Shown here piece by piece: positions 37,873 through 50,600 of a DNA stretch of 64,000 nt. Origin of the DNA: Promethearchaeota archaeon (GTDB lineage Archaea; Asgardarchaeota; Lokiarchaeia; Sigyniarchaeales; SOKP01). Position 1 is the first letter of the stretch. The number at the start of each line of letters is the position of its first letter. The stretch is from positions 1-64,000 of the forward strand of contig JAHPZI010000015.1 in the NCBI GenBank assembly GCA_019058295.1. The letters run 5' to 3'. The notes below the pieces were generated by a model. The model searched no databases. It was not told where the DNA came from and saw only the letters and a list, made by a program, of their open reading frames with translations. The position numbers were made by a program, and so were the translations under genes.

Positions 37873-38754
37873 CTATATAAATCCACTCGTTTTCAAGCCA
37901 CCTTCCATCCAACTTATCAATAAATGTAAACCAATAATATTCTCCTTGGTATGGATTGTAGAATTTGGAATGTATGTTTCGAGATATTTTGATGCGAGAT
38001 ATTCTATAGATGGATTTTCGCTATACCATTGTATTAATGATTCTTTTACCTTAAAATAGAAGTCCTGTAGCTCATCTAGCAATTTATCAAGAGTCTTATC
38101 ACTCAACACTCCAAAATGTGCCATAGATACTGAATCAATATCTCCTCTCATGTTTCTTAGTCTCTTAAAAGTCTTTAAGAGTTCAGATTCATTAAATTCG
38201 GGTGGCATTATGTTTGGTGCAATAGTGTGTTCATCCCAAAAATACAAAATTGAATCACCAGTGAAAAGGTTTCTATTGTTTTCGTCTAAAACAGCAATTG
38301 AGTCTTGAGTATGCCCAAAGAAATTCAAGACTTTCAAATCCAAACCATTTAAATCGATAACATCTCCTTCTTTTAAAGGGGTTATATCTCCTTCTATAGG
38401 TGGTATCGTATAACCAAATGCCTCATTCATTATTCTTGGATCTTTTAAATGTTTTATGGCATTTTCAGACGCAAGAATTTCAAAATCCCCATTCAATTTT
38501 TTCAGCTTTTCACATGCCTGGACATGGTCCCAGTGGCTGTGTGTTAAAAGTAATTTTTGTATTGGAAATAAACCAAATTCTTTTAATTTCTTTACTACTT
38601 TCCGAGACGCTAACGGTTCGCTCGTGTCAAACATCATACGTTCTCCACCATTTTCAATTATATAAATGGCCATTGTGCCTGGCAAACGAAATAACATACC
38701 ATCAATGAGATATGTATTCTCATTAAACTTTCCTTCATCAGTAATTTGTCCCAT
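37873..38754 (-). CDS. Metallo-beta-lactamase-fold hydrolase
   Basis: THSHWDH, GHT, FTGD, AHFG. Confidence 0.9.
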   Translation of the reverse strand: MGQITDEGKFNENTYLIDGMLFRLPGTMAIYIIENGGERMMFDTSEPLASRKVVKKLKEFGLFPIQKLLLTHSHWDHVQACEKLKKLNGDFEILASENAIKHLKDPRIMNEAFGYTIPPIEGDITPLKEGDVIDLNGLDLKVLNFFGHTQDSIAVLDENNRNLFTGDSILYFWDEHTIAPNIMPPEFNESELLKTFKRLRNMRGDIDSVSMAHFGVLSDKTLDKLLDELQDFYFKVKESLIQWYSENPSIEYLASKYLETYIPNSTIHTKENIIGLHLLISWMEGGLKTSGFI

Positions 38755-39048
38755 TTCATTACCTCTTGTTTTTCGATTTATTATAGATTTATATTTTTTA
38801 TAGATTTATTTAAATATCTTTATATAAAATAAGCTATGTCGAATAAACTTAAAAAGATATATGTTTTTTAGAAATCTAAATTACATTTCTGTTAGGATTT
38901 AGAAGATTAGTGTTAAATTTTAATTGGATAATTCATAGTTTATAAAATATAAATTAAAAATTTTAAAAATTTACATTATTACTAAAATTTATTAGTTTTT
39001 ATCATAAAATTAAATTTGGAATAGTTATTGTTAAGGGATTGAATTCAA

Positions 39049-39597
39049 ATGCAAGATGCTGTGTTTAAACTGTGTATATTCGGGGACGGGGGAGTTGGAA
39101 AGACAACCTTAGTGAACAAGTATCTTACAGGAGTATTTAAAAATTCAACAATGACTATTGGTATAGATTTTCATATAAAAACACTATTAATTGACGGAAT
39201 TAAAGTAAGATTGCAAATATGGGATTTTGCGGGTGAAGAACGTTTCAGATTTCTTTTACCAAGTTATATAGTAGGAGCTTCAGGGGGGATTTTTATGTAT
39301 GATATCACAAGATTTTCAAGCTTAAAAAACTTAAACGATTGGTTAGATGTACTTAATCATGGGGCGTCAGCGATAGAGAACCAAATCCCTATTTTATTGG
39401 CGGGGGGAAAGGCCGATCTTGAGGAAAATAGAGCAATTGATAAAGAATTAGGTTTTGAAACAGCAAAAGAAAATAACTTATGCGGTTTTCTTGAATGTTC
39501 TGCCAAAACTGGGGAAAATGTGGATCTTATCTTCGAAACCATTACTCGAAAAATAATAAAAAAAGCAGGAATCTTTGAAGTAAAACCAACTTTTTAA
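39049..39597 (+). CDS. Rab-like small GTPase (Ras superfamily)
   Basis: FKLCIFGDGGVGKT, TIGIDF, LQIWDFAGEERFR, YDIT, GGKAD, ECSAK. Confidence 0.93.
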   Translation: MQDAVFKLCIFGDGGVGKTTLVNKYLTGVFKNSTMTIGIDFHIKTLLIDGIKVRLQIWDFAGEERFRFLLPSYIVGASGGIFMYDITRFSSLKNLNDWLDVLNHGASAIENQIPILLAGGKADLEENRAIDKELGFETAKENNLCGFLECSAKTGENVDLIFETITRKIIKKAGIFEVKPTF

Positions 39598-39796
39598 ACT
39601 AAATATAAAATATAGATAAAGTAGAAACTCTTTCTTTGATGAACAATGCAATCCATCTTATAAATGCTAAGTTTGATTTAATAAAGGACTATAACCTATA
39701 GAAAATAATTAAAGATCTCTTTTTTCTAAGAAAACCTTTTAAATAAAAAACCAAGATACATTTTAAATCATATAATAAAAAAAGTAAAGGGATAAA

Positions 39797-40528
39797 ATGA
39801 CTTTAGAAAAAAATAATTCAAAAGAGAAAAACGATAAGAGTTTATCTTATCCAACTTGCCATAAATGTAATAGTATAAATTTTTGCACGGTTGGAAGGGC
39901 AAGTAAAATATTAGATAATTGTCCCATGAAAATTTATCCGGAAGTTCAAAAACAAGCAAAAGAACTTTACAAGACGGATGAATTTGTGAAAAAATCAACA
40001 GGAGTTGCATCTATAGTTGAGGCGACAGGTTATATCCACTGGCCTCGCTTAAAAGATACAGTGGAATATGCAAAAGGAATGGGTTATACAAAACTAGGAA
40101 TGGCATTTTGCGTTGGTATGCTTGAAGAAGCTAGAAAAATCGCAGAAATTTTAGAAAAATATGGTTTTGAAGTGAGTTCCGTTTGTTGCAAAACGGGGAG
40201 CGTAAAAAAAACGGCTGTAGGAGTCCCAGAAGAATTTACAATGTTTTCTAAAACGGGCTATACTATAGGCTGGATTACTTGTAATCCTGCAGCCCAAGCA
40301 TTACTTTTAAATAAAGTTAAAACGGATATGAACATAATCGTTGGGCTCTGTGTGGGTCACGATATAACCTTTACTCACCTTTCTGAAGCGCCTGTTACAA
40401 CATTAATCGCAAAAGATAGATCGATGCCTCATAATCCTGCGGGAGTTTTATTTTCTCACTATGGTAAGGAGTTCTTTTCTCGTGAGTTTAAAGAACTGAG
40501 GAGTAAAGAAATGAAAAAAAAAGGCTAA
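39797..40528 (+). CDS. DUF1847 family metal-binding protein
   Basis: CxxC..C..CP, G.AFCVG, SVCCK.G, CNP..QA, GLCVGHD, KDR...HNP. Confidence 0.85.
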   Translation: MTLEKNNSKEKNDKSLSYPTCHKCNSINFCTVGRASKILDNCPMKIYPEVQKQAKELYKTDEFVKKSTGVASIVEATGYIHWPRLKDTVEYAKGMGYTKLGMAFCVGMLEEARKIAEILEKYGFEVSSVCCKTGSVKKTAVGVPEEFTMFSKTGYTIGWITCNPAAQALLLNKVKTDMNIIVGLCVGHDITFTHLSEAPVTTLIAKDRSMPHNPAGVLFSHYGKEFFSREFKELRSKEMKKKG

Positions 40529-40575
40529 TCTCCCATATTTTTCATAATTTTTCTTTTTAGAAAAATATAATTTTA

Positions 40576-41067
40576 TCATAGACTAGTTTTTTGGTTAGAG
40601 ATGCTTCTAACTTTTTTTATCCATTCGGAGAATTCGGGTAAATTTTTTTTAAGGTTATGTATAGGTAAAGCATTTTTCTTTTTACTGACCATTAGAGAAT
40701 CTTTAATTTCTCTAGTGAAATCGTTAAAAGGACTGAGATCTACAATAATTTCATTTTTCAAGTGTTCTCTATACAAGTTGAGAAATTTATGCGCAATTAA
40801 TTCTAATTCATAATTAATAGTTCTTGAACCAATATTTTCATTGGAATTTGCAATAAATAATATATTTTCTTTCTTAAGAATTCCAAAACATTTATATCCA
40901 AAATTTATACTTGTAATCTTCGTTTCAATAATCATTTCAGCAACTTTATTTATGGCACACATTAGACCTCCAAAAAGTTGATCATCAATCTTTTTATTGT
41001 AAACTCGATGATATAAGACAATTCCTGAAATGTCAATTATCCAAATATCTTGTAAAATATTAACCAA
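40576..41067 (-). CDS. Stand-alone longin-like domain protein
   Basis: IWIID.SGIVLY, QLFGGLM.AI, LFI, L..I...F...Y, F..F pattern. Confidence 0.72.
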   Translation of the reverse strand: MVNILQDIWIIDISGIVLYHRVYNKKIDDQLFGGLMCAINKVAEMIIETKITSINFGYKCFGILKKENILFIANSNENIGSRTINYELELIAHKFLNLYREHLKNEIIVDLSPFNDFTREIKDSLMVSKKKNALPIHNLKKNLPEFSEWIKKVRSISNQKTSL

Positions 41068-41341
41068 TTAAGAACCCTTTTTTGTAGATTGAAAATTTTA
41101 TATGATATTCGATCCTATAAAATTTTTGTTTATTTGATCATAAACTTAATTAATTTAAAGTTATGGTATCATTTACATGATTTTATAGCGGCAGCACGAA
41201 CATAATTTTAATCCTAAATAAATTCAATATACCCTACTGTCTAAATAGATAGAGAAAATAAAAGCTACTTTTGAGAAAGATTATTATATAAATTTTTGAA
41301 AAAAAAAAATATTTTAGTGAAAATGTTATTTTATTTTGTCA

Positions 41342-41740
41342 CTATTTCTTTTCCTCTCGTAAGTAGAAATAAATGTCAACAACAATGAGTATACCAACGA
41401 CAATCATATCCATAATTGCGCTTGATAAATTAGCTGCTGTATATCGCACATATGTTAAAGACACAATATCTAGGATCTCTAACATAATAAGCCATAAAAT
41501 CGCAAGTTCAAAGACGATTTTTACATTCTCCCATTCTCCTCTCTTAACTGCGATCAGAGCAAAAATCCCAAGAATTATAATAGTTCCTCCCCAGAGTCGC
41601 AAAAGAGGGGGATTTCTATAAACAGCATTAATTAAATCAGAATATAACTCTGGAATCACCAAGAAAATACATCCATAGACAAAAGCAACGATGGCGTTGA
41701 TTATTAAAATAATTTTCATCTCTTTCGACAATTCTGCCAT
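41342..41740 (-). CDS. Small four-TM membrane protein
   Basis: Four hydrophobic helices; G..FL..P and R..G motifs. Confidence 0.7.
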   Translation of the reverse strand: MAELSKEMKIILIINAIVAFVYGCIFLVIPELYSDLINAVYRNPPLLRLWGGTIIILGIFALIAVKRGEWENVKIVFELAILWLIMLEILDIVSLTYVRYTAANLSSAIMDMIVVGILIVVDIYFYLREEKK

Positions 41741-41966
41741 TCTAATTTTTCACCTTTTATTATTTTTAATAATTTTGAATTTCCTTTTTTTTCAAAAAAA
41801 AAATGCAAATATCAATAAGTTAGATTTTTATATAAATCTTCTTACAAAACTGTCGATATGATAGATTTATAAGAGCCTTTTTGATTGATTAAATCATTTT
41901 AAACTATTTTTATTATAGTTTAACAAGGTATAACGAATAAAATAAAAATTTATCTAAATTTGAATA

Positions 41967-42545
41967 TTGATTAAGATAATGAGAATAGCGATTGATATCG
42001 ATGGCGTTTTAATAGATTTAATGGTAACTTATTGTGAAATTTTTAACGAGAAATATAAAACTGAATATACCAAAAAAGACGTTAATAATTGGGAGTTTTT
42101 TAGAGATTGGAATATTAGCGAAGAGGAATGTTTCGAAATATTTTATCAATTATATGAAAATTCGATGCCAGTTCCTTTTATTGACGAGAGCGCTCCCGAA
42201 TATATGAGGAAATTAAATACTTCGCACGATGTATACATCGTTTCAGCGAGGGAATCTCAGTATAAAGCTCAAATCTTGAAAAAGCTCAATTATCATAATG
42301 TTAAAAAAAAAATCCAATATATTGACCTAATTTTACTCCATCATAAACCATACGATGTGAAAATAAACCAAGATTTTGATGTATATGTAGACGATAATCC
42401 AAACTTAGCAAAATCCATTAGCAAGGTGAAGGAAAGATATTTACTTCTATATGATCAACCCTGGAATCAGAATTTTTATTGTAAGGATAATGTTATAAGA
42501 GTTTTTAATTGGAAAGAAGTATATGAAACGATTAATGAGTTCTAA
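41967..42545 (+). CDS. HAD-family 5'(3')-deoxyribonucleotidase (NT5C-like)
   Basis: IAIDIDGVL, VSAR, K...D.YVDD, QPWN. Start is probably ATG at 41979. Confidence 0.85.
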   Translation: MIKIMRIAIDIDGVLIDLMVTYCEIFNEKYKTEYTKKDVNNWEFFRDWNISEEECFEIFYQLYENSMPVPFIDESAPEYMRKLNTSHDVYIVSARESQYKAQILKKLNYHNVKKKIQYIDLILLHHKPYDVKINQDFDVYVDDNPNLAKSISKVKERYLLLYDQPWNQNFYCKDNVIRVFNWKEVYETINEF

Positions 42546-42682
42546 TTAAACAGCTTATAATTTAGAATTAGATTAGTAAATAATCTGCATTTTTATGTAT
42601 ATTCTCTTCAGCTATATTTTATTAACTCAAAATTTAGTTCTAAACAAGTATTTGCTTGGGATTTTAAAAAAAAAATTAGGAA

Positions 42683-43888
42683 TTAAATATTTTCTATAAT
42701 AACGGCTTCTGATACACCGCCACCACCGCATAATGTTGCCATCCCATATGAATCGCCTCGTTTCTTCATTTCATGGATTAAGGTCACGATGATTCTCGCT
42801 CCAGTACAACCTACAGGATGACCGAGCCCTATCCCCGAACCGTTCACATTTGTTTTCTCTATGTTCCAATTTAGTTGCTTTGCCACTGCTACATATTGGG
42901 CGCCAAATGCCTCATTACATTCAACTAAATCAATATCTTCATATTTCATACCAGCTTGTTTAAGCGCTAAAGGACTGCTATGCATAGGGCCCATGCCCAT
43001 GTATTTTGGATCGTTGCCGATTTTCGCAAAGCTCTTCACATTAATCTTAGCTAATGGGCTCAATCCTAAATCTTGCGCCTTACCATAAGTGGTTACGAGT
43101 GTCAAAGCAGCTCCATCGTTAATACCCGAAGAGTTTCCCGCAGTTACTGTGCCATCTTTCTTGAAGGCAGGAGGTAATTTTGCTAAAGCTTCCATAGTTT
43201 GACCCTGTCTAAAATGCTCATCCTTATCAAATACATAAGATTTTCTCCTTGTTTTTACTTCCACAGGAACAATCTCATCTTTAAATCTACCGGAATTTGT
43301 CGCATTTTCAGCATTATTCTGAGACCTTAATGCCGCCTCATCTTGCATTTGTCTTGTGATTCCATATTTTTCAGCAATAAATTCGGCTGTTAAACCCATA
43401 ATATATCTTTCCTTTGGAGCAAACACCTTACTTCCCGCATGTAAGCCTTCCATTATCCCACATTTCATTTCTTGATTCTGCAATCTTGCTCCAAATCGTG
43501 CTGAAGGAATGTAATAGGCACAATTACTCATGCTTTCAGTACCTCCTGCTAAAACGAGGCTTGATTGCCCAACTAAAAGATCGCACATAGCAGCCCTTAT
43601 TGCCTCCATCCCTGAAATACATACTCTATTTATCGTCATAGCAGGAACTTCAAAGGGAATATCAGCGAGAATAGCACCAACTCGGGCGACATTCATTTCT
43701 TCTTGCGGCTCAAGGCAGCATCCAGACTTTACATCTGAAATAATCGCTGGGTCGATACCTGTTGTTTCAATGCAATCTTTTATTACGAAACTGAGCAATT
43801 TACCTGCATTATATGGTAGAAGCGACTTGCCAAAAGCTCCAATAGCAGTTCTTTTAGCATAACAAATAACTATATCATCATCATTCAT
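42683..43888 (-). CDS. Acetyl-CoA C-acyltransferase (thiolase)
   Basis: NRVCISG, NSSGINDGA, NEAF, GHPVG, CGGGG. Confidence 0.95.
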   Translation of the reverse strand: MNDDDIVICYAKRTAIGAFGKSLLPYNAGKLLSFVIKDCIETTGIDPAIISDVKSGCCLEPQEEMNVARVGAILADIPFEVPAMTINRVCISGMEAIRAAMCDLLVGQSSLVLAGGTESMSNCAYYIPSARFGARLQNQEMKCGIMEGLHAGSKVFAPKERYIMGLTAEFIAEKYGITRQMQDEAALRSQNNAENATNSGRFKDEIVPVEVKTRRKSYVFDKDEHFRQGQTMEALAKLPPAFKKDGTVTAGNSSGINDGAALTLVTTYGKAQDLGLSPLAKINVKSFAKIGNDPKYMGMGPMHSSPLALKQAGMKYEDIDLVECNEAFGAQYVAVAKQLNWNIEKTNVNGSGIGLGHPVGCTGARIIVTLIHEMKKRGDSYGMATLCGGGGVSEAVIIENI

Positions 43889-44231
43889 AACTTATATCAT
43901 CTTTTTGATTTGTCTTATATAATATGTTATTAAACATGAACTCAACAAAAAAAGTTACTAATTTCTAAGAGGTTTCTTTCACATTTTATTTTTATTTTTA
44001 TAAACAGCACATTTACGGTGTTTCCTTACCTTTTAATTTAGAATTAGATTTTTTTATTTGTTTTATATTTCAAGGGATAAAATAAAAATAAAAAAAAAAT
44101 AGAGTTATGGAATTTTTTTCCAATTTTTTTCTCTCGGTTTATTTAAAATTCCACTAGTAAATAATTTTTATCACACTTAAAGAGAAGCAGATTAAATTTT
44201 TACTTTTTTTATTTTTTGTTTCAATTTTTTA

Positions 44232-44483
44232 TTAATAACTTCTTCTTCTAGAATAACTAGGTCGAGGTCCTTTTTTAGTCACTACCACATCGGTTGCTTG
44301 TGGTCCTTTCTTCCCCTCAGTAATATTAAATTCGACTTCGTCTCCTTCAAAAATCTTTTTAAATTCGTCTTCATCCCCTTTAATTCCGCTATAGTGGACA
44401 AATACATCTTGCGACCCGTCTTCCAAAGTTATAAATCCAAAGCCTTTGCGGCTATCAAACCATTTTACTGTTCCTTTTTCCAT
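44232..44483 (-). CDS. cspA: Cold-shock domain protein
   Basis: GTVKWF, KGFGFI (RNP1), DVFVHYS (RNP2), KGPQA. Confidence 0.95.
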   Translation of the reverse strand: MEKGTVKWFDSRKGFGFITLEDGSQDVFVHYSGIKGDEDEFKKIFEGDEVEFNITEGKKGPQATDVVVTKKGPRPSYSRRRSY

Positions 44484-44692
44484 TATTGTTACCTATTAAA
44501 TGTTCCCTATATAATTTATTTATCATTGTTTCAAAACAGAAACAATCATATCTAAAAAGGATTAGATTTCTAATAAATAATTGTGTTTCTTTTCAAAATT
44601 TTTTTTAAAAAAAATGAATAAAAAAATATTAATAACTAATTCTATGAATTATTACCCATTAAATTTTTTTTTCACGCTATAAATATAAAGAA

Positions 44693-47600
44693 TTATTTAA
44701 TTATTTTTGCTCCACATCGAGTACAGAAATTTTTGCATAACTTTAAATCTGCGCCACATATGGTGCAAAAATGAGGAGATTGTATTGGTTTACTTAGGGT
44801 TTGTGTCGACTGGGTCTCAGAGGGATATGTATGAAGTGTAGGTGGTAGTGTAGGGGATGTTATATCCCTTTCTGGCAATTTTCCTTTTTTCTTAACAATT
44901 TTAATAATTATAAAAGTTCCTGCAACTCCTGCTCCAATGAGAACTGCCGAAATCATAATTAGACTTACCATATCCATATCATCTCCGTCATCGTCTCCCC
45001 CTCCTCCACCTCCTCCTCCACCTCCACTTGGAGTTCTATCACTTCCAGTATCGGTTAATGATACTTTATAACCTAAAACTCTGATATCGTCTATTAACCA
45101 TCCTCTATAATCATTGTCATATTCGTCCCATGTTTCAAAATAAAACATTAATTGAATTAGTCCCATATCAATTAAATCGCTTATATCAATAACCAAATTT
45201 TCCCATGGATCAATATTACTCCAATTGAAATATCTCATATAATAATAACCAGTTTCAAAGGAATAAATATAGAGATAGGAGGTATCTGAGAATTGATCAG
45301 TTTCTCTCCAATGATAAAAATCTAAAAATACATATTCATAGCCAGATATGTTAAATGGAATACTTCTTATTTCTCCATATACTGCATTTCCCGTATCATA
45401 ATTTCCTGTTTCTTCATCTCCAAACCACATCGAATGCGTAGGAGAATGACATGGATAGGGCCATAAACTTCCAGTATCAGTTAAGTGCCAAAGTCCCGAA
45501 ATTAAGTCCCATTTTGAGAGATCATTCTCAAAATTATCTTCGAAAAGAATATCAGGTCCTATTACTTTTGGTCCTAAAAGTGGACCAAGAGAACTTGATC
45601 TTTCAGTATCAGAACAAGCAAACGAGTAACTATATGTTCCTACTTCAGGTAAAGTGATACTATAAATGTATAAACATCCATCCATGTAATTGTTATCCAA
45701 AGGATCTTGTTTAATCATCAAGAATATCATATGATTTATTGTTAGGGTCACATATTCAGCTAGATTATTATCTGCATCTGTGTAAATTACAGAAAATTCA
45801 AAATAAGTAAAGTTTAGATAACCAATATCAGGATCAACATTACCACTGGTCAAGACAGGAGCATTAATATTACCTCCATCAAAAACCGATGGACCAATAA
45901 TAAGCTTGGTTGTATTAGTAAAGAGCCCATCAAAACAATAAAAGAAATACTCATAAATTCCAGGCTGTAAATAAATCAATGATTGATACATACACCCATC
46001 TGTATAATCATCGTCTAGTAGATTTTGTTTTTCCATTGGAAATGCTGTTCCATTAATTACAACATTGATACCATAAGGTCGATTATTGTCTTGATCTGTA
46101 TATAACACACTAAAGGCAAATTCTGTGGTTTGAAATCCTGATGATGGAGAAAGAAATTCATCTGTTAATTTTGGAGCATAATCATTTATAATAATATCAA
46201 ATTCAATATTAGAATCTACGAATGTAAAAGTGTAATCATTAAGATATCCCATAATATCTTCCCAGTAAAATGTTCCATCTAAAAGAATTCCTGTGCTTTT
46301 TTCATACCAAGCAATTCCAGGGGTTTCCAAATCTTCAAGTACCCAAACCTCAACAGGTCCCACTCCAGGCAGATTATATAATAGTTCACTTGTTATTTGG
46401 AAATCATGGTCACCAATACCATCAACAGTTATCGGGATTATATCATTGAGCTCAACATCTGTATGAATCCAAGCAGGCGTATGTGATCCATCAACGAAAG
46501 CAAGAGAGCCATAACAATCTTCGATAATTCTCGTCTGTTTATCAATATCCCAGTAACTTTTACCATAAAAATCTTTCTCCCATTCTACATTGTAAATTTC
46601 ACCTGATTCATGAGAATATCTGAAACTTGAAGGAACATCTGGTTGACCCCAAATGCTGAATAAATGGTTAATATAAAGACCATCGAATATTCCAATCATT
46701 TTTTCCACAGTTGGTCCAGAATAAGGTCCATCGATATCAGTAGACTTGCCATCAAAACAGTTGAAAATGTAACTAAAAGTTCCGATTTCATTGAAGATAA
46801 TATCATATATATAAATACAGCCATCCATGTAATTATTATCCATATAATCTAGTTTTACCATAGGATAAGTCACTGAATTTATCGTTACATTGATATCCTT
46901 TGGAGCGTTATTGTCTGCATCTGTATATATTACTGAGTATCGAAAAACCGTAAGACCTTTATAACCATTATTGGGATTAACTTCTCCATTACTCAGTAAA
47001 GGAGGATTATCATTACTTTTTTCTAAAACTGTTAGATCGGTATATTTCTTAGTGTAATTAGAGTATAAATAATCTGTACAATTGAATGAATACTCATAAC
47101 TTCCCGGTTGTAAATATGTTGAAAATTGATAAATGCACCCATCAGTATAATCATCATCAAATTGATTTTGTTTTTGCATTGGATAAACAGTGTCATTGAT
47201 TATTAAATTGACATAAAAGGGAAAATTATTGTCTTGATCAGAATAATTAACTTTAAATGTAAACTCAGTCATTTGGTCTCCAGATGTGGGATCCAAATCA
47301 ACATCAGTTAATTGAGGCTCATAATTATTCTCGAAACAAGTAAAATATATTGAGAAATCATCAGTCGTATCCGTCAAGCCCTGATAATTATTGTAAAACC
47401 GTGTATCAACGCCTAAATTTAAACCGCAAGTATAACCATAATAAGAGTCTATGTATGAAATATAATCATAATTAAAAATTATTTCCCCTGATTCAAATAA
47501 AACTACTTGGAATGTTCCAACTCTCTCTCCATAATAATGATCCATGTCAACCCATGATACAACCCAAAAATCTTCAAATGATTGAACATAAATCTCACCG

Positions 47601-50600
47601 CTTCCCCACTCAGGATCGAGATCCGCCCAATGAGGTGCAATTAAAAAGTGAGTGCTAGGATCTGCTGAAGGTATTGGTGGAGGAATATATTCATCAGGAC
47701 TAGAATCAGCAAAACTAAGATATCCATTAGACCCTACATATATAGTGGAAAAATTGTGTTTATAGAATTCAAATTCAAATGGTAAAGTTTGTGCGGAATA
47801 TCCATCATCAGATAAGAATAATTCCGTACCTCCTGAGGCATCGATCCAGTTATATGGAAAGTCGATTAACATCATATATTGGTGGAAACTCGTTACATGC
47901 GGTCCTATATAAGGTCCATCTGAACCTAGAAAATCACCATCAGAGCATGTAAAGGAATAAGAGTAGACTCCTGGATCATCTAATAATGTGCTATAAATAT
48001 ATAAACAACCATCCGTGTAGTTATTATCCGTGTAATCTTGTTTATTCATTGGAAAAATATCTGAATTTATTGTCACATTTACATACTTAGGAGCAAAGTT
48101 TTCAACATCTGAATATAAAACGGTATATTCAAATAACGTTGTTCCATTCACACCTCTATTAGGATTAACCTTTCCATTACTCAAATCTGGAGCAAGACTA
48201 TTAGTACCTTTAGAAACCGTAAGATCTGTGTGAGTCTTTGTAAAGTTTATATATTTCCCATCAGAACTTTTAAAATAATAATTATAATCTCCTGGTTGTA
48301 AATATGTCTGAAACTCATAAAAACAACCATCCATGTAATTATTATCATCTGAATCTTGTTTTTCCATAGGATAAGACGTTTCATTAATTAAAACATTGAT
48401 ATATGCAGGAGGATTATCATCAGCATCAGTGTATTCTACATTAAAAGTTAAGAGTGTAGTTTGATCTCCCGATGTGGGTGAAACTGATTCCGATGTTAGT
48501 TTTGGTTCAAAGAAATTAGGTTGAGCCATAAGAGTCGCTGTAGGATCACCAAATAGATTAATTTGATAATAGCACCATCTCATTGCTTCCTGAGAAATAT
48601 AATTAATATTATCTTCCTTAGAATCCTGATTTGCTGGCCCAATTTGAATAATGTTTTCTTTAAAAATTGCATCGAAAAATTGCCGATCGTAGTATTGAGA
48701 CGCACCATCAGTACCGTAAGGATCTCCCCATCCATACCTGCTGTTTCCAATAAATGCAAAAGAACCATTTTCCATATTTACGAGATGTTCTACTATACAA
48801 TCATAATCGTTATACATCATATAAGGATCTCTATTATCAAACGCCCCATCATAACAACCTTGGCTGTAGCCAAAAAAATATTTATCATTTTTAAGGTTAT
48901 CAACATCATCATTATACATTTTTAGAACATAATCATTTGCTGCATGTCCTAGATGATTTATTATGTGGTATCCTTGTTCTATAAGATCTATAATATCATA
49001 TTTATCCCATCTATCAGGATCGATATCACGATCATATATTGTATCTACCGTGAAATCAGTTCCGTTAAAACCAGAAGTTGAATAACCATTTGTGTTGGAA
49101 CCATCTTTTATCTCATCTTTATAATCCGAACCCCACACAGGCCAATAAAGATCTTCTCCAGCCATTAATGCCTTTGATAAATAGGGATCATTAATCATTT
49201 CATGAATAAGTGTTTTCCTAACAAAATTTGCAACTTCTTCCTCGGAATCAACAGGTGCTCTTCCTACATACACTTCAGCATAGAGATCTTCTTCACCAGG
49301 CTCCCCCCAATATCCATCTTCGTCATCATTCCAGGTTCCATCTAATCCAGCATAATATAAATCAGAAGGGATATTACTATCAACATCACCATAAGCAGTT
49401 GCATATAGCCCTCTTGAGGGAACAATTGGACTCTCACTTTCGCCACCTAAATTTGCACCATCTCCATCACCTCCAAGAAGGATATATTGTGTACCCCAAT
49501 CATTATATGCATCAATGATAAAATTCCGTATCTTTTCTTGATTGTCATCACCAAGATAATTAGCGTAAATATATTCGACTGTAGTTATATTTGTGGTAAT
49601 ACCGAGTGATTCTTTATAATCAGCGAGGTCTTGAAAAGTAAAAGCTTCATTTGAGTTCTTTAGAGCCTCATTTGTTATGATGACATAATCGTATGAGGCA
49701 GGTGGTAAACTTAGAGGTGATATTGGAGAATTTTCAAGATTTTTGTTTGAAATATATGTGTCAACGAGTTCTGGATTATCCACAGTTTCTAAGACATGTT
49801 TTTCGTCTCCTTCTCTACCTTTGAATAATGAATTACAATTCATATTTTCAACCAAATTTACTTGAACTATAAAATCTTTAAAGTAAATAATTTTACCAGA
49901 ATATGGAATATATTTCACTGGATAAATATTTAAGATCAGAATTCGATAACCTTTTAATTCATATACTCCCACTATTGAATAAGGTTTATCTGGATGAGGA
50001 TGTCTAGATTGATAAATTACCTCATCAATAGTAAACTCAGGTATTGTATCTATACCAATTCGAATCTGTGCTTGAGCAGGTTCAATTTTATAATTACCTT
50101 CTAATATGTGTTCTTGACCAGAAATGACACTAACTTCATTTAAATCTTTTCCATAAGGTAATAATAACTTTAAAGTTTTAATTGGAAGTTTTGGATACCC
50201 TACTTGTCCAATATTTTCACAGTCATCCATGTATACTCTTTTATAAATGTCACCATTAGGGTATTGGATATCTTCTACTTTTACATCTGATAAGGATAAC
50301 TTAATTTCAATTTTATCTCCATCTAAACTCTTTTTTCCTTGATTTTTGGTTATCCAGGCATTCTCAATTTCACTCTCTTTTTGCCCGATTTCTCCCATGT
50401 TTGAGTTATATTGCTCAGATTCAAGAATAATATTCTCATCTAATTGGTTTTCAGTATTATGATCATCCTCATTGGTTGGAACTTGAGGAATAATAAAATT
50501 AGTATTTAATGATACTACAATAAACAATGACGAGATAATTAAAACTCGAAGTACCTTCGAATTCGATATATTCATTGAGATCTTTGCTTTTTTATTTAAA

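Noticed and set aside
44997-45030. (CCT/CCA)n microsatellite
   Set aside because: It is the coding poly-Gly linker of the C25 protease, with mixed codons.
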